DNA of 60,741 nucleotides, the filler included, from Dugesia japonica (Eukaryota), in NCBI GenBank assembly GCA_001938525.1. It is 4 parts of 4 records of this genome, joined end to end, with 100 filler letters (N's around TTAATTAATTAA, not from the genome) between each part and the next. Parts side by side here need not be neighbours in the genome. Positions count along the whole stretch, not along the records: positions 1 to 26,686 come from MQRL01648569.1; positions 26,787 to 39,278 come from MQRL01634060.1; 2 more parts are not named here. One strand, given 5' to 3'. Below the pieces are notes generated by a model. The model did not search any database. It was not told where the DNA came from and worked only from the letters and a program-made list of their open reading frames with translations. Shown one piece after another: positions 23,703 through 36,656 of this stretch (position 1 is the first letter of the stretch; each line of letters begins with the position of its first letter). Both the position numbers and the translations under genes were made by a program.

Positions 23703-26214
23703 GTTACATTTCTTCCAGCACCGCTAAATGGTTCAATTAATTTCAGTACGACAAAATCACTTAAAGGATTTAATGACTGTCTTGTTTCGTCCATTCCAAA
23801 ATACAGGAACCTATTTATTATAAATTTACTTTGGAGATCAGATACCAACCAAACTTTTATTCCGAACTTATCAGGTTTTTTCGGCATATAATCAGTATGT
23901 GAATCAGTATCTAGCTTTGCTTGGGAATAGTTGATCGTTGACTGTAATATTTTCTTCTTTTGCTTGACAATTCTTGCTATTTTCAATGAATAAATCTTAA
24001 ACATTTGAAATCAATGCAAATTATCCGTTTGCAATTGTACACTTTGTTCATTTTTTTATCGAAGCAGATAAATCTTAAAATATCCGTAAACCTCTTTCTA
24101 CTCATAGTTTTTGAAAAAAACGCTGGTTCTTACTTTTTAGACCATAAATAAGATATTTTACAATTTGCAATTATGGCGAGAATAATTGATGGACATAACC
24201 ATTGATCGGTTTTTAGAATTCATTTAAAATAAAAGCTTCGATCAAAACATTCTTTTTTGGTTTTTTGAGATTGATTCGATATTTCGACTTTGTCTTAGTC
24301 ACAAATTGACTTTTTAAATAAATAAGATAATTTCAAAATTTTAGCTTTATCGGCACCAGTGCATATAAAATTCCAAGAAAAGCGTAAAACGTTTTTTGAG
24401 ATAGATCCCATTTTCACCAAGAAATCGGAAAGCTTCTAGTTTTGTGCATGTTATAATATGATCTATCATTCGTCTATTGATTATCACAAACAAATCACTA
24501 ATTACAGTCCCCTTCATTGTGCTTCGTTTTGCATATGCTGTATGTCAAATTACTGCTTTGAAAATGCTATTTATTGATCTCCTTCCTGGAGTAGATCCAG
24601 TTTGTACTTTTGTTCAAATAGTTCCATCAGCAGCAATTTCAGTTTGTTGACGGTCATTCTAATCCAAAGATGACGACAATCTCAAAAGTCTTCTTGGTCT
24701 ACATACATTCAGAATGTTCTCTTCTACACTATTGCTGTCATAGGAAAAACACACTTCTTCTTCTTATTGATCCTCTGAAATATCTGTTAGTCTAATTTCA
24801 GGATCAAAATCATCTTGGTCGATATCCAAAAAGTCGTCTCTTATATTTGTTATGTCCTCTAAAATTCTAGGTAGTTTTGCACGTCTTGGCATTTTTAAGG
24901 TAAAGTTTCAAAACCGGATAAAAATAATCTAATTATATTTTCCCTTCATTTAAAATAAAAACTTCGATCAAAATTTTTGTTTTTATTTATTGATACAACA
25001 ATTCGATATTTCGACTTAGTCTTTTTCAAGAATTGACTTTTCCCTTATTATAATAAAAATATTCACAATTTGCTTACATTGCAAGCTACAATAACTGTAA
25101 ATTGAAAGAAATATATTCAACACAATTGCCTACAATTTTGTAAGTATTTCAACCGCACTTATTTTAACCGTATACAACAACTGCCAAAAACTGATATGAA
25201 AACAGTAACAAGATAAGAAAATGACTGAATACTGTACTGAAAGAGTACTGTATTTCAACTGTATACCACAATTAGCAATAAGAAAATAAAAATTAATCAC
25301 TAAACATTACAAAATTTTGAAAATTTGGGAAAACCCAGTGATTTTAAAACAGTTTTTTACCGGGAATTTTGATTGGCTGGCACCTTAGTAGCGGATTGAC
25401 ATAGTTCCTAAGAGGTTTTCGTATTAAAAACATTAAAAATAACGACCGGTCATTTTAACCGTTCAGTATATATAGGAATATCACATATGTATATCAGAAA
25501 AATGGAAGTGGAAAATCAATATTATTATAATATTGTTATAATATTATTAAATACATGAATTTAGAAAAAGTCATAAGATTATTATAAAATATTAAGTAAA
25601 ATTTCAAGACAAAATCTTGTGAACAATTGATACAACTGGTCATTTTGACTGGTCGGTAGTTCTAGTGTTAAATACTATTTAAAAATGATTCTAAAGAATG
25701 GAGAAGAAATAAGTGAACATGGCAAAGAATTTTATTTATTATTATTGTCTAATTTATTTTCAGATCTTGCAAGAAAGATATTAAATGAAATGTATCTAAA
25801 TTTGAAAGTAAATCAAAACGATTTGGACAGGAAGATTACTGGAACTATGTTTTAAGAATGAAATACTTTGATATTGAAATTGTATTGATCTTTCTATATC
25901 ATAAATTCAACTTGACAACAGAAAATGTTGACGATCCGTGTCCACACGCGCTTATAAAGAAACTAATTCTAGAGTGGTTTAAATTATTCAAATTAATGTT
26001 ATAAAATAAATTTTAGTTCTCATATTGTTTTTTGTTTTTATTATTTTGTTTAATTTTTTCATGTAACAAACATTTTTCAAATTAAATAATTTTTCCAAAA
26101 GAAAATTAAAAAAAATAAAAAAATTTAACTCAATTTTTCACTAGGAAATAAACATTTTAATATATTATTTCATGGTACATTCCTATCTTACTTTTTAATT
26201 TCCTATCTAACTAT

Positions 26215-26686
26215 ACCTTTTCTTTTTCAATAAAATGAAAAGTGGGCTGATGCGCCACTATCTACCGACTCTAACATCCTGCTTTTTTCATAATGAAGGA
26301 AACGTTTTTTGGTAATTGTTCTTAAGAAAATCTATAGAAAATTTTTATTCTAAGGTCAATGATATCATTTTCAAGGTTTAAAATGGAAAGTTACCCCCCT
26401 AAATTAAAAATTCTTAAAATGTCAAATATCTCAAAAACCAAGCATTTTATCTGAAGACAATGGATAAATGAAANNNNNNNNNNNNNNNNNNNNNNNNNNN
26501 NNNNNNNNNNNTTTAGCAAAATTTTTTAAAAATGGCAGCTAAAGATTGTATTAAAACATTAAAGAAGAATATGTGTGCCGCCGACACACAAACCAAAGAT
26601 GTGGAAATAACAGAAATTCTTAGAATTAAATGCTGCATCTATATATTTAAAGTTAAATTTCCTACCACCTTTTCTTGGACTGATGA
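26215..26686. repeat. Dispersed non-autonomous repeat (second copy about 40210-40690; terminus also inverted near 15635-15660)
   Basis: Shared GGRCTGATGCGCCACTATCTA, AAATGTCAAATATC, GAAGACAATGGATAAATGAAA and TTCTTAGAATTAAAT blocks. Confidence 0.85.
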
Positions 26687-26730
26687 NNNNNNNNNNNNNN
26701 NNNNNNNNNNNNNNNNNNNNNNNNNNNNNN

Positions 26731-26742
26731 TTAATTAATTAA
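26731..26742. other. Artificial scaffold linker
   Basis: TTAATTAATTAA (stops in all six frames) between two N runs of about 44. Confidence 0.9.
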
Positions 26743-26894
26743 NNNNNNNNNNNNNNNNNNNNNNNNNNNNNNNNNNNNNNNNNNNNACATCTTTTTCTTT
26801 AACACTAGAATTTTTAACAATAGTATAATCTTCACTTAATTTGATTCTAAACTCTTTATCTTTTTTAATATCATCTATTAACCAATCCATTTTC

Positions 26895-27452
26895 TTAAGA
26901 ATTTTTATAAGCGTTTAAAGATTTATCTATCTCATCTTCAATATTATTATTAATTTTACCACCAACATTTGCACCTGAATTAACTATTCTTGTTCGTTTT
27001 GGTTTAGCATTTAATTCATTTCTTTTTTCTGTTAATGTTGGTTTTGTTACAGGTTCAGGAATTAATTCAAACTTTTTAGTTTTAACATTATAAAAGTAAG
27101 TTCCGTATTTATCTTGTGTAAATGAATTGGTTTTCTCATTTAAATAATATTTTAACCTGTAATATCTTTTTCTTTCTGGTTTTAAATTTAATTCTCTTAA
27201 TGCTTTATNNNNNNNNNNNNNNNNNNNNNNNNNNNNNNNNNNNNNNNNNNNNNNNNNNNNNNNNNNNNNNNNNNNNNNNNNNNNNNNNNNNNNNNNNNNN
27301 NNNNAAATCTTTTCAGATTTAATAAATAAATTAGGATCAAAACTATTTGCACATTTCATGTTACATTCAACATTTTGAGATGTTGATTTTTCATATTCTA
27401 ACGCCATTTTATAAAGCATTTTTATTAATGTTCCTCTTAAATGAGTAGCCAT
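26895..27452 (-). CDS. Unknown Lys/Asn-rich ORF spanning a gap
   Basis: 185-codon frame including Ns; no recognisable motif. Confidence 0.25.
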   Translation of the reverse strand: MATHLRGTLIKMLYKMALEYEKSTSQNVECNMKCANSFDPNLFIKSEKIXXXXXXXXXXXXXXXXXXXXXXXXXXXXXXXXXKALRELNLKPERKRYYRLKYYLNEKTNSFTQDKYGTYFYNVKTKKFELIPEPVTKPTLTEKRNELNAKPKRTRIVNSGANVGGKINNNIEDEIDKSLNAYKNS

Positions 27453-28044
27453 TTNNNNNNNNNNNNNNNNNNNNNNNNNNNNNNNNNNNNNNNNNNNNNN
27501 NNNNNNNNNNNNNNNNNNNNNNNNNNNNNNNNNNNNNNNNNNNNNNNNNNNNNNNNGTTACATTTTAAATTTTCATTAATTTTAGGGTACCCCCATGAGT
27601 TAAAAGCGTACTTATTACACTACTTATATATTAATCACAATGTTAACTATACGAATTCCTTATTAATTAATAGTAAATTATAAAATCTTGATGCATAAGG
27701 AAGAGACTTTAGAGTCAAAACTAATGAATTTTATAAAACTTATTTCAAATTTGTATACATAGTGCATACTGAAAGCTGAAATATCAAACATTTGGTTATA
27801 AATTTAATCTTTTCTTACAATTATTAATGAATAAAAGGCTGTGAATTTAACGTTTATAATGCCTTTAAATGCAATTAAGAATGTATATGCATTAAATAAG
27901 GTATCAATGACAAAGTTCTAAAAATATATAATTACTGGGATTAGCTTTTGATTTTTTCTTAAAAAAATTCTTTTAGAATTTACATTTAGGTTACATATAA
28001 AAAAATTGCAGAAATCAATATTAATTATTAACAGTTGTGAAACA

Positions 28045-28436
28045 TTATAAAATTTCAGATAAATTAATAAATAACCTATCATTATGTAATCTAGTTATAT
28101 CTCGTTGCTTTTGGTATCGATTATTGCTATCTTCTAATTTTTGTTTCAACTCTGTGAGTTCTCCTACGACAGTTTTATAGTTATTAAAAAGCTTATCGAC
28201 TTCTTCTGTAGCGACTGACACACCGGAATCAGTCATACAAGAAACTTCATCGAAATCATCATTATTAAGATGTTTCCCATCATCCTGATTTGATAATGTG
28301 CATCCAGTTGCAAATGCTGATGACCTAGCAGAAAAGTTTTCAAATCCACGTCGTCGCAAACTTCCTCTAGGAGAAGAATAGTCACATCTTCTCTTGATTT
28401 GTGTTTCTTGAACAGGAACATATGAAGCAATACTTC
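28045..28436 (-). CDS. Possible exon of an unknown gene with a coiled-coil end
   Basis: Higher GC than flanks; TTGTAG acceptor-like site near 28437; peptide ELTELKQKLEDSNNRYQKQRD. Confidence 0.3.
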
Positions 28437-29148
28437 TACAATAAATAAAATATTTTAAATTAAAATTATAACTAAATTCAAATTTTAAAATATATAAGTA
28501 TTGATCTTTAATGAAATATTTTTTTTAATTTTCACGTACAATTTCTTCTCGTTTAGTTGCATAGCAACATTAACCACTGGATTAAAAGGAACAATATTCT
28601 AAATTTCTTGCAACTAATTATGATTAATATCCAATGAAAATAGAGTATTTCTATTTCTATCTACGTCAATAACGCCTTATGTGACTCACAAAGTTAAACA
28701 TGTATTCAGGAATAAAATCAATAAATTGATTATTTGTAAACAAATATACTTTATATAATTGAAATACGGTTTTTCCGTAAAAACTTTTAAATAAATGGTT
28801 ATCAATGTTTGANNNNNNNNNNNNNNNNNNNNNNNNNNNNNNNNNNNNNNNNNNNNNNNNNNNNNNNNNNNNNNNNNNNNNNNNNNNNNNNNNNNNNNNN
28901 NNNNNNNNNNNNNNNNNNNNNNNNNNNNNNNNNNNNNNNNNNNNNNNNNNNNNNNNNNNNNNNNNNCTTTTCTCAAAATAAAACATTAACGATTTGTAAA
29001 TTTAATACTATTAGTTAAAGTTAAATTCAATTGCTTTTATAGACTAAATTACTTTCTCGAATATCTTGAAATAAATAGTAAATAAAATTTTGACATAGGA
29101 AAGCTAGTTTTCATTTATTTAGTCTATGCATAATTCTGAATTGATTAA

Positions 29149-29203
29149 CCCCTTAATCCACATTTAGTGCGCTCAAATTAATTTGAGCGTGTGCCTTAAG
29201 GGG
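29149..29203. mobile_element. 55-bp piggyBac-type mini-MITE or hairpin
   Basis: TTAA|CCCCTTAA...TTAAGGGG|TTAA with internal palindrome CGCTCAAATTAATTTGAGCG. Confidence 0.8.
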
Positions 29204-29879
29204 TTAATGAATTTTTGTAAAATAATTTTATTACGTTTCTGAAAGTGTTTGCAAGCTGGTTGTTATTTATCGTTAATTACCTAAATATAAAATTTTTTTT
29301 TGTTACAGTTACCGAAAATATTAATTCAGTAATAATAATACTAACAGCATTTTAATGAAGATGATAATGTACCGGAATATATATAATTAAAATTTTTATC
29401 ATGATAACTGTATTTAATTTTATACAATAACATAATTTCATCTATTTTCAATTAAATTTAATTAAATTTGCTATTTTCGTAATTCTAATTATTCCAAAAC
29501 TTACTAGATGTTGATAAATTCTTTCAAAAAATTACTAGATGTTAAAGAAAGTTTTCATAAATTATTTTTGTTTAAATTCAGTACACTTATTGATTTCTTG
29601 TTTAAATTAAACAAAATTAACCATTTTGTTAAAAGTAAATTTCCCTCTAGCAATATTAACACTAATCGCTCCGGGCAATATTAGCATCAACATTAATAGC
29701 TCCGGTCAATATTAATGATAAAAGAGTAGTAATAATACAAAAGTCAAATCAAAAGACCTCCAAACATTTGCGAAAAATGCTAAATTTCTAACTTTGAAGA
29801 TGAAAGAAAGATGATCAATACTTGATTTCTGTGTATAATAAATTATTAAAAAATAATAACATTACTAAAGATATATTTG

Positions 29880-31420
29880 AGAAATTGAACTTCCTAATGT
29901 TCATAAGAAAGATGTTCCTATGCGTCCTGTTTTATCCATGATAAAAACAGCTCAATATAAAGTTGCAAAATTATTGGATGATCTTATTAAGCCTTTATTT
30001 ACATCTGAATTTGAGTGCAAACATAGTTTTGAATTTTCATTTTTTATTTCTCAGTATCCATTGATTAGTAAGGATTGTTTGATTTAATGTAACAAGTTTA
30101 TTTACTAATGTTACATTAAAAGAGACTAAAGATTTGTGTTGTAAATTATGGAGTGAGTTAAATCCTAATAAATACTCTTTAGAATATATTGCGTTTCGTG
30201 ATCTTTTAACTTTTACAATCTCGAATGTTCAAGTTCTTTTTAATGATGAATGGTATAGGCAAATTGGTGGTGTGGCGATAGGATCCCCATTAACTTCAAC
30301 ATTAGCTTCTATTTTCTTGTCTAAATTATATAGTAAGATAAATGATTATCTTTCTATTAAACCTCTGGTTAATAAACGTCATGTTGATGACATTTTTCTT
30401 GTTTTTGAAAATCGTTCCCAAGTACATCCGTTTTTGGAGTACATGAATAACTTGCATCCAAATATAGGCTTTACGGTTGAAGAAGAGATCAATTCAACTA
30501 TTCAGTTCCTTGATATGCTTAATAAACGAATACTTCCTTTGAACCAGAAATATATAGAAAGAAAACTGATACCAGTTTGTTTACAAATCCTTCCAGTTTT
30601 TGTGACATAAAATATAAAAGCAATATGATTAAAGGACTAATTCATCGTTATTGGTCTCTTTCGTATACTTTTATCAAAGCAGATAAGAGCCTAAATAAAT
30701 TAATTGAATTAATTCATAATAATGGATATTCTAAATTGTTTACAGACAAATTAGTTTAAAAACTTTGTATAAATTAAATAGAAATTTGTCTGGTGCTGAC
30801 GTATCTGAGGTTGTAGAAAGAAATACTAAAATTGTTTTATCTTTACCTTATTCTGAAGGTTTTAAAAAATTTAAACTTTCAATTGATAATGCTCTTAAAA
30901 ATATTTTAAATTTAAAAGTTGTTATTCAATCTCAAGATTATAAATATGTTCAATAATAAAACTATATCCTCTTTAGGCTTATACTTTGATATGGTCTAAC
31001 GCCACATATATTGGAGAGACTTCCCGTAATATCTGCACAAGAGTTTAAGAGCATAGTCGAAATAGTGGAAATAATAATATTGTAGAGCATCGAAGAAAAT
31101 ATATAAATTCAATAGGGTTTTCTGATTTTAAAATGTTGTACAGTGAATTTAATAATTATTGGGAGATAGTGATGTGTGAAGCTTTGTTGATAAGAGCATT
31201 AAATCCTAAAATTAATGCTCAGTTGATGGATTCATTACTGGTCTTAAAATTATTTTATTGATTATTTATTGAGATTGCATAATTGAAATTATAAAATCAT
31301 TTTAACTTCATAAATAGTTTGTTTTAATAATCATTAATTGTCTGATTATGACACTTATTCCGTCGAAATTATTTGCAGTAAATAAATACTTTGTGAAATG
31401 GTGTACATTTATTTTAGAAA
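29880..31420 (+). mobile_element. Penelope-like retroelement (RT plus GIY-YIG), 5'-truncated and decayed
   Basis: LPNVHKKDVPMRPV; YRQIGGVAIGSPL; RHVDDIF; FLDM; YIGETSRNICTR..EH; EALLIRALNPKIN. Confidence 0.93.
31330..31390 (+). ncRNA. Hammerhead-ribozyme-like motif (non-canonical core)
   Basis: CTGATTA-T-GAC...GTC-GAAA in the Penelope 3' region; second copy at 38286-38312 has a GACGG/CCGTT stem. Confidence 0.4.
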
Positions 31421-32881
31421 AATAATAGTTATTTTCTATAAAACCATTTAATAAAAAAATACGGAAACTTATTTATCAACAAAATATATTTATATTCTTA
31501 TAAAAACAAACAATTCCAGTTACAGAAGTCCATCAACTATATTTAGGAAAAAAATTGGACAATACGTATTTATTTCTGAGCTTTACTACATTTGAAAAAC
31601 TGACATAGTGCTATCCTTAATTCAATGCATTCTCATCAGGACTGGATTTATATTCTTAGGCTCTGAGCTAAGAAACATTGAAATATTTTCCTTATATTTT
31701 AAATGGTATAAGATTTAAAATATAACAGAAACTATAAAATAAAATAATTTCAAAGCGTACATTATATAAATTGAAGAAAACATAATTTAAAATAAAAACA
31801 TTTAAATGTTAAGCGTAAACACTTTATTCGTTGAAAATGAAGCAAACAAAAAACCTTCGTAATTCTAACTGCAACACCCACCCTAATTTTAACACAGATT
31901 TATCTGTGTACACAAGAACTTTTCTACCACAAGGCTAGACTAACCAATTATTGAAATATCAACAAGTGTCCTGTTTCTAAATACAACAATTTTTTAAAGT
32001 CTTAAATCAACAATAAAGTATAAAATTTTGTTTTGTTGTACAGTTATTAAAAACTTATCGCCTGAAATCAAACTAAATATTTAAGATAATCATGGTGTCG
32101 TCCTGATCGTCCAAAATAGATTAAATTGTATATTCTACATGATCGATATTTCCTTAAAAGCTTTCAAACAATTAAAAAGTAAATATTTATATATATTTTT
32201 TATTATTATTTTGACAATAATAAAGTTAAAACAAGCAGTTATTTTGACAATTTTTGATAACCAGAAGTGAAATTCGATAAATTTTAAACAGGATAGCATA
32301 AAAATTTATTTCAATGTAATTCTTTCCTTATAATTTCGATGCACCTGAAAGCTGAGGTCCATGATTTAACATAATTATCTTAATGATAAATTTGATATAG
32401 ATAGGATCTCAACCCTGATCTATTTCGACATTATTTTTGATTTAGTTGGAAATAAAGCAGATATGTTACAAAAATTTAACCCAAATTATAATAACATAGA
32501 TAACATTTTATTCTAATTTGTTTTATATATTATTGTATATAGAATTTTATAAATACAAAGGATGTAAATATAATTCATACATTTATATATAATTATATAA
32601 ATTAAATTGATATATAATTAAATAAAAATTAAAGTTATATAATTAAATATAAATTAATCCATAATTAATACTACCTTCTTCTTTCTATTGAATTCGCAGA
32701 GAATGGATTTTTTCTAAATAAAATATTTTATTAATAATACCAATATTATTTAGTTTAACTTTACACGAGCCAACAAATTTCCAATTGTCACAAGATATGT
32801 TTTTCACAAATTCCAAAAAATTAACATTATCATTTATTTATTTTAGTATTTAATATTTACAAAGTATTATACTATTATTTA

Positions 32882-34156
32882 CAAGGTGCCCCTAAATAAT
32901 AGTGAGACTCGTCTAAATATTTGGGTAAAAAGATACATATCATAAAATGTTTAGTATAATTAAATAATGTAAAAATTAATGATCATTTTAATATATATTA
33001 TTATATAGATTTGTATAAATATTACCTAATTAAATTTTGACACTTTCAAATTGCAATAATAAAATGGCGAAAATTTTTAAGTCTAACAATATGGACCAGA
33101 TATGTAACATTAAATTTTGCTTTTGGTTGAGAAAAACTGAAAACAAAAGAAATGTTGAGCCAAGCAAATNGAGATAATGCCATGCCGAGGGAAAGTATTT
33201 AAAGATGGTTTAAAAATTTTAACAACGAAAAAACCGACACAGAAAACGAATAAAGATCTTGGCTACTAGTTTCAGTCAGGTCAGATGTTAAGACTGAAAA
33301 GGTGAAGGAAATTATTGCAACAGATCATCTGAGATTTTAAAAATACGCAAAGGTCCATCAGATTCTAACCATTAATTTTGGAAAAAGAAAGCTTCCAGAT
33401 AGGTTTGTTCAAAAAATTCTCAGTAATGAACAGAAAGAATGCTGCAAGTAAAACTGTGAAGACTTCATTAGATGCTTTGATAATGACAACTTGTTCATTG
33501 AGAGTATTGAAAGGGAGATGAGACATGGATGAAAAGCAAAGTATTGAGTATGGAGAGAAAATTTAATTTGTCAAAATGATTGCAAAGATGTCATAATCAA
33601 AGGTCAAATGCATGTTGATAACTTTCTTTGATTTGAAGGTTCACATCCATTATGAATTTATTCCTAAGAACCAAACAATTAATCAACATGTTTACCTGGA
33701 TGTACTAAGGCGTTTCTTTGATAAGATGAGGAAGAAAAGGAATGATTTATGGACTACTCGAGATTTCAGATTATTGAACGACGATGCACGACAACATACT
33801 GCATTTTCAAACCGTGAATATCTTACTAAGAAACACGTTATAATCATACCTCATCCTCCGCACTCACCATGTGACTTATTTTTGTTTACGATCTTGAAAA
33901 AACGTTGAGAAAGATTCGAATTTCATTGGTAAAAGAAATTTAAAGTACATGCATCAGACTACTAAAATGGGTCACCCAGGTTCAATATACTGGCAGTTTG
34001 CAATCATTGGCCAAAATATGGAAATAATACGCATTATTGAAGTGTGAATATTTTGAAAAAGACAAGTTTCTTGATTAAAATACATTTATTTGTGTTCGTT
34101 CCCTTGTTTATATAATATTTAATTGAACACGTTTCACTACTTTTGAGATACACTTA
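32882..34156 (+). mobile_element. Mariner element, approximately full length, pseudogenised
   Basis: Degenerate TIRs CAAGGTG..TAAATAATAGTGAGAC / GTTTCACTACTTTTGAGATACAC; MDQICNIKFC, GDETW, KVKCMLITFFD, HPPHSP.CDLFLF. Confidence 0.9.
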
Positions 34157-34175
34157 ATATATATATATATATATA

Positions 34176-35285
34176 TAGCATTTTCATAATAAATTCAACT
34201 ACTTTAATAATAATAGAAAAGTATTTTTAAAATTAATATATTTTAACAATATAATCAGTAAAGGATAAAGAAAAATAAATTTATTCAAAAACATGATTGA
34301 TTAAGGCCAGTGATATATTTCGAAACATCTGTTCAAAATAGTTGTTTAGATCTTCAGAAGTTAAAGTGTCAAGCGCCATATTCATCAACCCAAGAAGACT
34401 TTGAGTATTGTTATAATAACCCAAATAACCTAATAACCCAAGATCCATGCAAAGAATGATCATTATCAATGCAAATTAATAATTCTCGGATGAAATCAGC
34501 AAAATTTACGGAATTGCAAGTAGAATCACTAGTTATCTTAGAATGGATCACTCTTTTGCTAAGACAAGCAACCATCATGTAGATATTTCTTCCCCTTATC
34601 ACTGGAACTCCTTCCCATTTTTATCTTCTGAATGATCTTCTTAGATGAAAATTAAAGCCTGATTCGTCAATAAATATTTGTTTTGATGTTTCTGTTGGCG
34701 CATTCATTGCTTAGTTAGTGGCATAAACTCTGCGCTTTCCGAAGAATTCGATTGAGTTTCCTCGATCGTTGATCCTTGAAAGCGACTTACACATAATATG
34801 CATTTGGCAAATCGCATTGTTTACTGTCGATGCGGGAACTCTTATTCCAAATCGTCCAGAGAATTTTATTTGGATATACTTTGGTGTTATTGTTGTACAT
34901 TGAGAAATTAAGCTTTCAATGTACAACAGACCTTGATCATTGATTTTGTTAACAGACCCTTTTTCTTTGTAGGCTCGTGTTCTTTGTTGGTAAAAGGCAG
35001 GATTCTGAGTTTTTTGTGCATAGCGATAATGCATCTAGCCNNNNNNNNNNNNNNNNNNNNNNNNNNNNNNNNNNNNNNNATTGTTAATCCGTCTTCAATG
35101 ACTAAACTAATTAAATGATCTTTCTTTTCCATAACCTTGCCTGAGGCTTGTGGATGTTCTTGAAATAATTGAAACATTCTTATTTATAATAATTAAATAA
35201 AATTCTATAATAATAAGAGTTTAAATTGATTTTAAAAATAGTTGAATCTATTAAGAAAATAGTTGAATTTATTATGAAAACGCTA
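34176..35285 (-). mobile_element. IS630/Tc1-like transposon
   Basis: TIR TAGCRTTTTCATAATAAATTCAACTA at both ends with TA flanks; IFIDESGFNFHL motif; fragmented ORFs 34281-35177. Confidence 0.9.
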
Positions 35286-35583
35286 TAGATTGATAGATAT
35301 ATAACATATTTATTGAACATGTGTTGGTGCTTATTTTATATGATAACTAAATTTTTGAAAGTTTTTATTTAAAATAATTCTCAGTTATAAATTATCTGGT
35401 TGACTTTTTATTTTTCGAAAATTAATTTATAATTAAAATCGAACATCTTTAATTTTACTTTTAATTATTCCTAAAGTGACTTTTTCGAAACAGTACCGAA
35501 TTTTCAGTTATTTTATTTGCAACAACTTAGCGTTTCGAATTTCGCACTTCTAAACCTGGTCAACTTAATTATTCCGTTTAGGT

Positions 35584-36380
35584 CAGTGTTTCTTAACCTT
35601 TTCTTAAATGGATCCATTTTATAATTTTTTGGTAATCCCGGAATCCTCTCCTTTATGTAAAACGAAGAAAGAAATTGCATAGATATCAATTAATACAAAA
35701 TATTTTATTTTAATAATCATTCAATAATTTATTCATTAGTTTTTAAGATACATACAAAATTATTAATGTGAAGGATGTTGCTGCGTTTCCTTAATTAATA
35801 ACTTGAAGTAAGGAATTCATTTGTACTAAGCAACACGTATATCATGCTCAACCGTCAAACGATTTCGATCTTTTGTTTTTGACGTACAAGTGTGTAAATC
35901 CCGCTTTGCAAAGATACATAGTGAAAAATGGAATTATAGTTTCCATAGCTCGTTTTACAAGCAATTGGAAGACTTTTCTCACAGAATTCTAGGACTTTTC
36001 AAGTGTTTTTGCATCAAAATCCATTTTTAGCAAGGATTTAGTTCTAAGATCGACAAACTCATCTTAGGCAAAGTCCATATTATCAATACAGTCAATATCA
36101 CAAAAAAAGGATTACGAATTCATAGCTCATCTTTTATCTCATCCAAATTGAAATAATTATTAAATGAAACTTGACGTACTTCCAGGTGTTCACAGATTTC
36201 ATCTTTCAAGTTATTCAGCAACGAATTAAATTTCCGACATCCATTTTTAGAAAATACTTCAATTAACATTTGAAAGTTTGCCTGTATCACATTTTGAATT
36301 ATATTTTTCCAAAGTGGCTGTTTCAAAAAGAAATCTTATGATTTCTCAGTCCATAATGAAGTTTCCGTTTAGCAGTGCAA
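35584..36380 (-). mobile_element. hAT Buster/Charlie-type element, 3' part
   Basis: Terminus CAGTGTTTCTTAACC; IIPFFTMYLCKAGF and terminal QQHPSH*; possible partner terminus GGTTAAGAAACCCTA at 37484-37498. Confidence 0.85.
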
Positions 36381-36656
36381 AAAATAATAAATAACAAAAC
36401 TATTTTACTTTGAAAATATTGCACTGGTTTTATTTTCATGATAATAATAATGTTTTAGTCAAAATGAAACGTTTTGAAATTTATGAATTAAAATTTAAAT
36501 TATAGTGGGTGGACCCCAAAAGTGTTATTTCTTCATGTTTAAATAGATTTTTTTTAAAAGGAAACATCAATTATAACAAAGATTTATAAATAAATATTTA
36601 TAATGTTTAAATAAAAAATATTTAAATATATTTGATAGAATTAAAGTATAGAAACG

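Larger units (their letters stand above)
22680..25667 (-). mobile_element. piggyBac transposon, decayed; only the 5' terminus is visible
   Basis: TTAA|CACTAGAACTACC terminus at 25667; ORF start MPRRAKL at 24892; motifs TMSRKRF, YMPKKPDKFGIK, GRNVT..FFTS, VGTI..NK, RWPLQVFFNILDVAAINAW. Confidence 0.92.

Noticed and set aside
25685-26000. Possible small intron-containing gene
   Set aside because: Needs a GC donor, contains stops and has no recognisable motif
31605-31660. Minus-strand CTGATGA-GAATGCATT-GAAT as a hammerhead
   Set aside because: GAAA core is broken and no helix I or III closes
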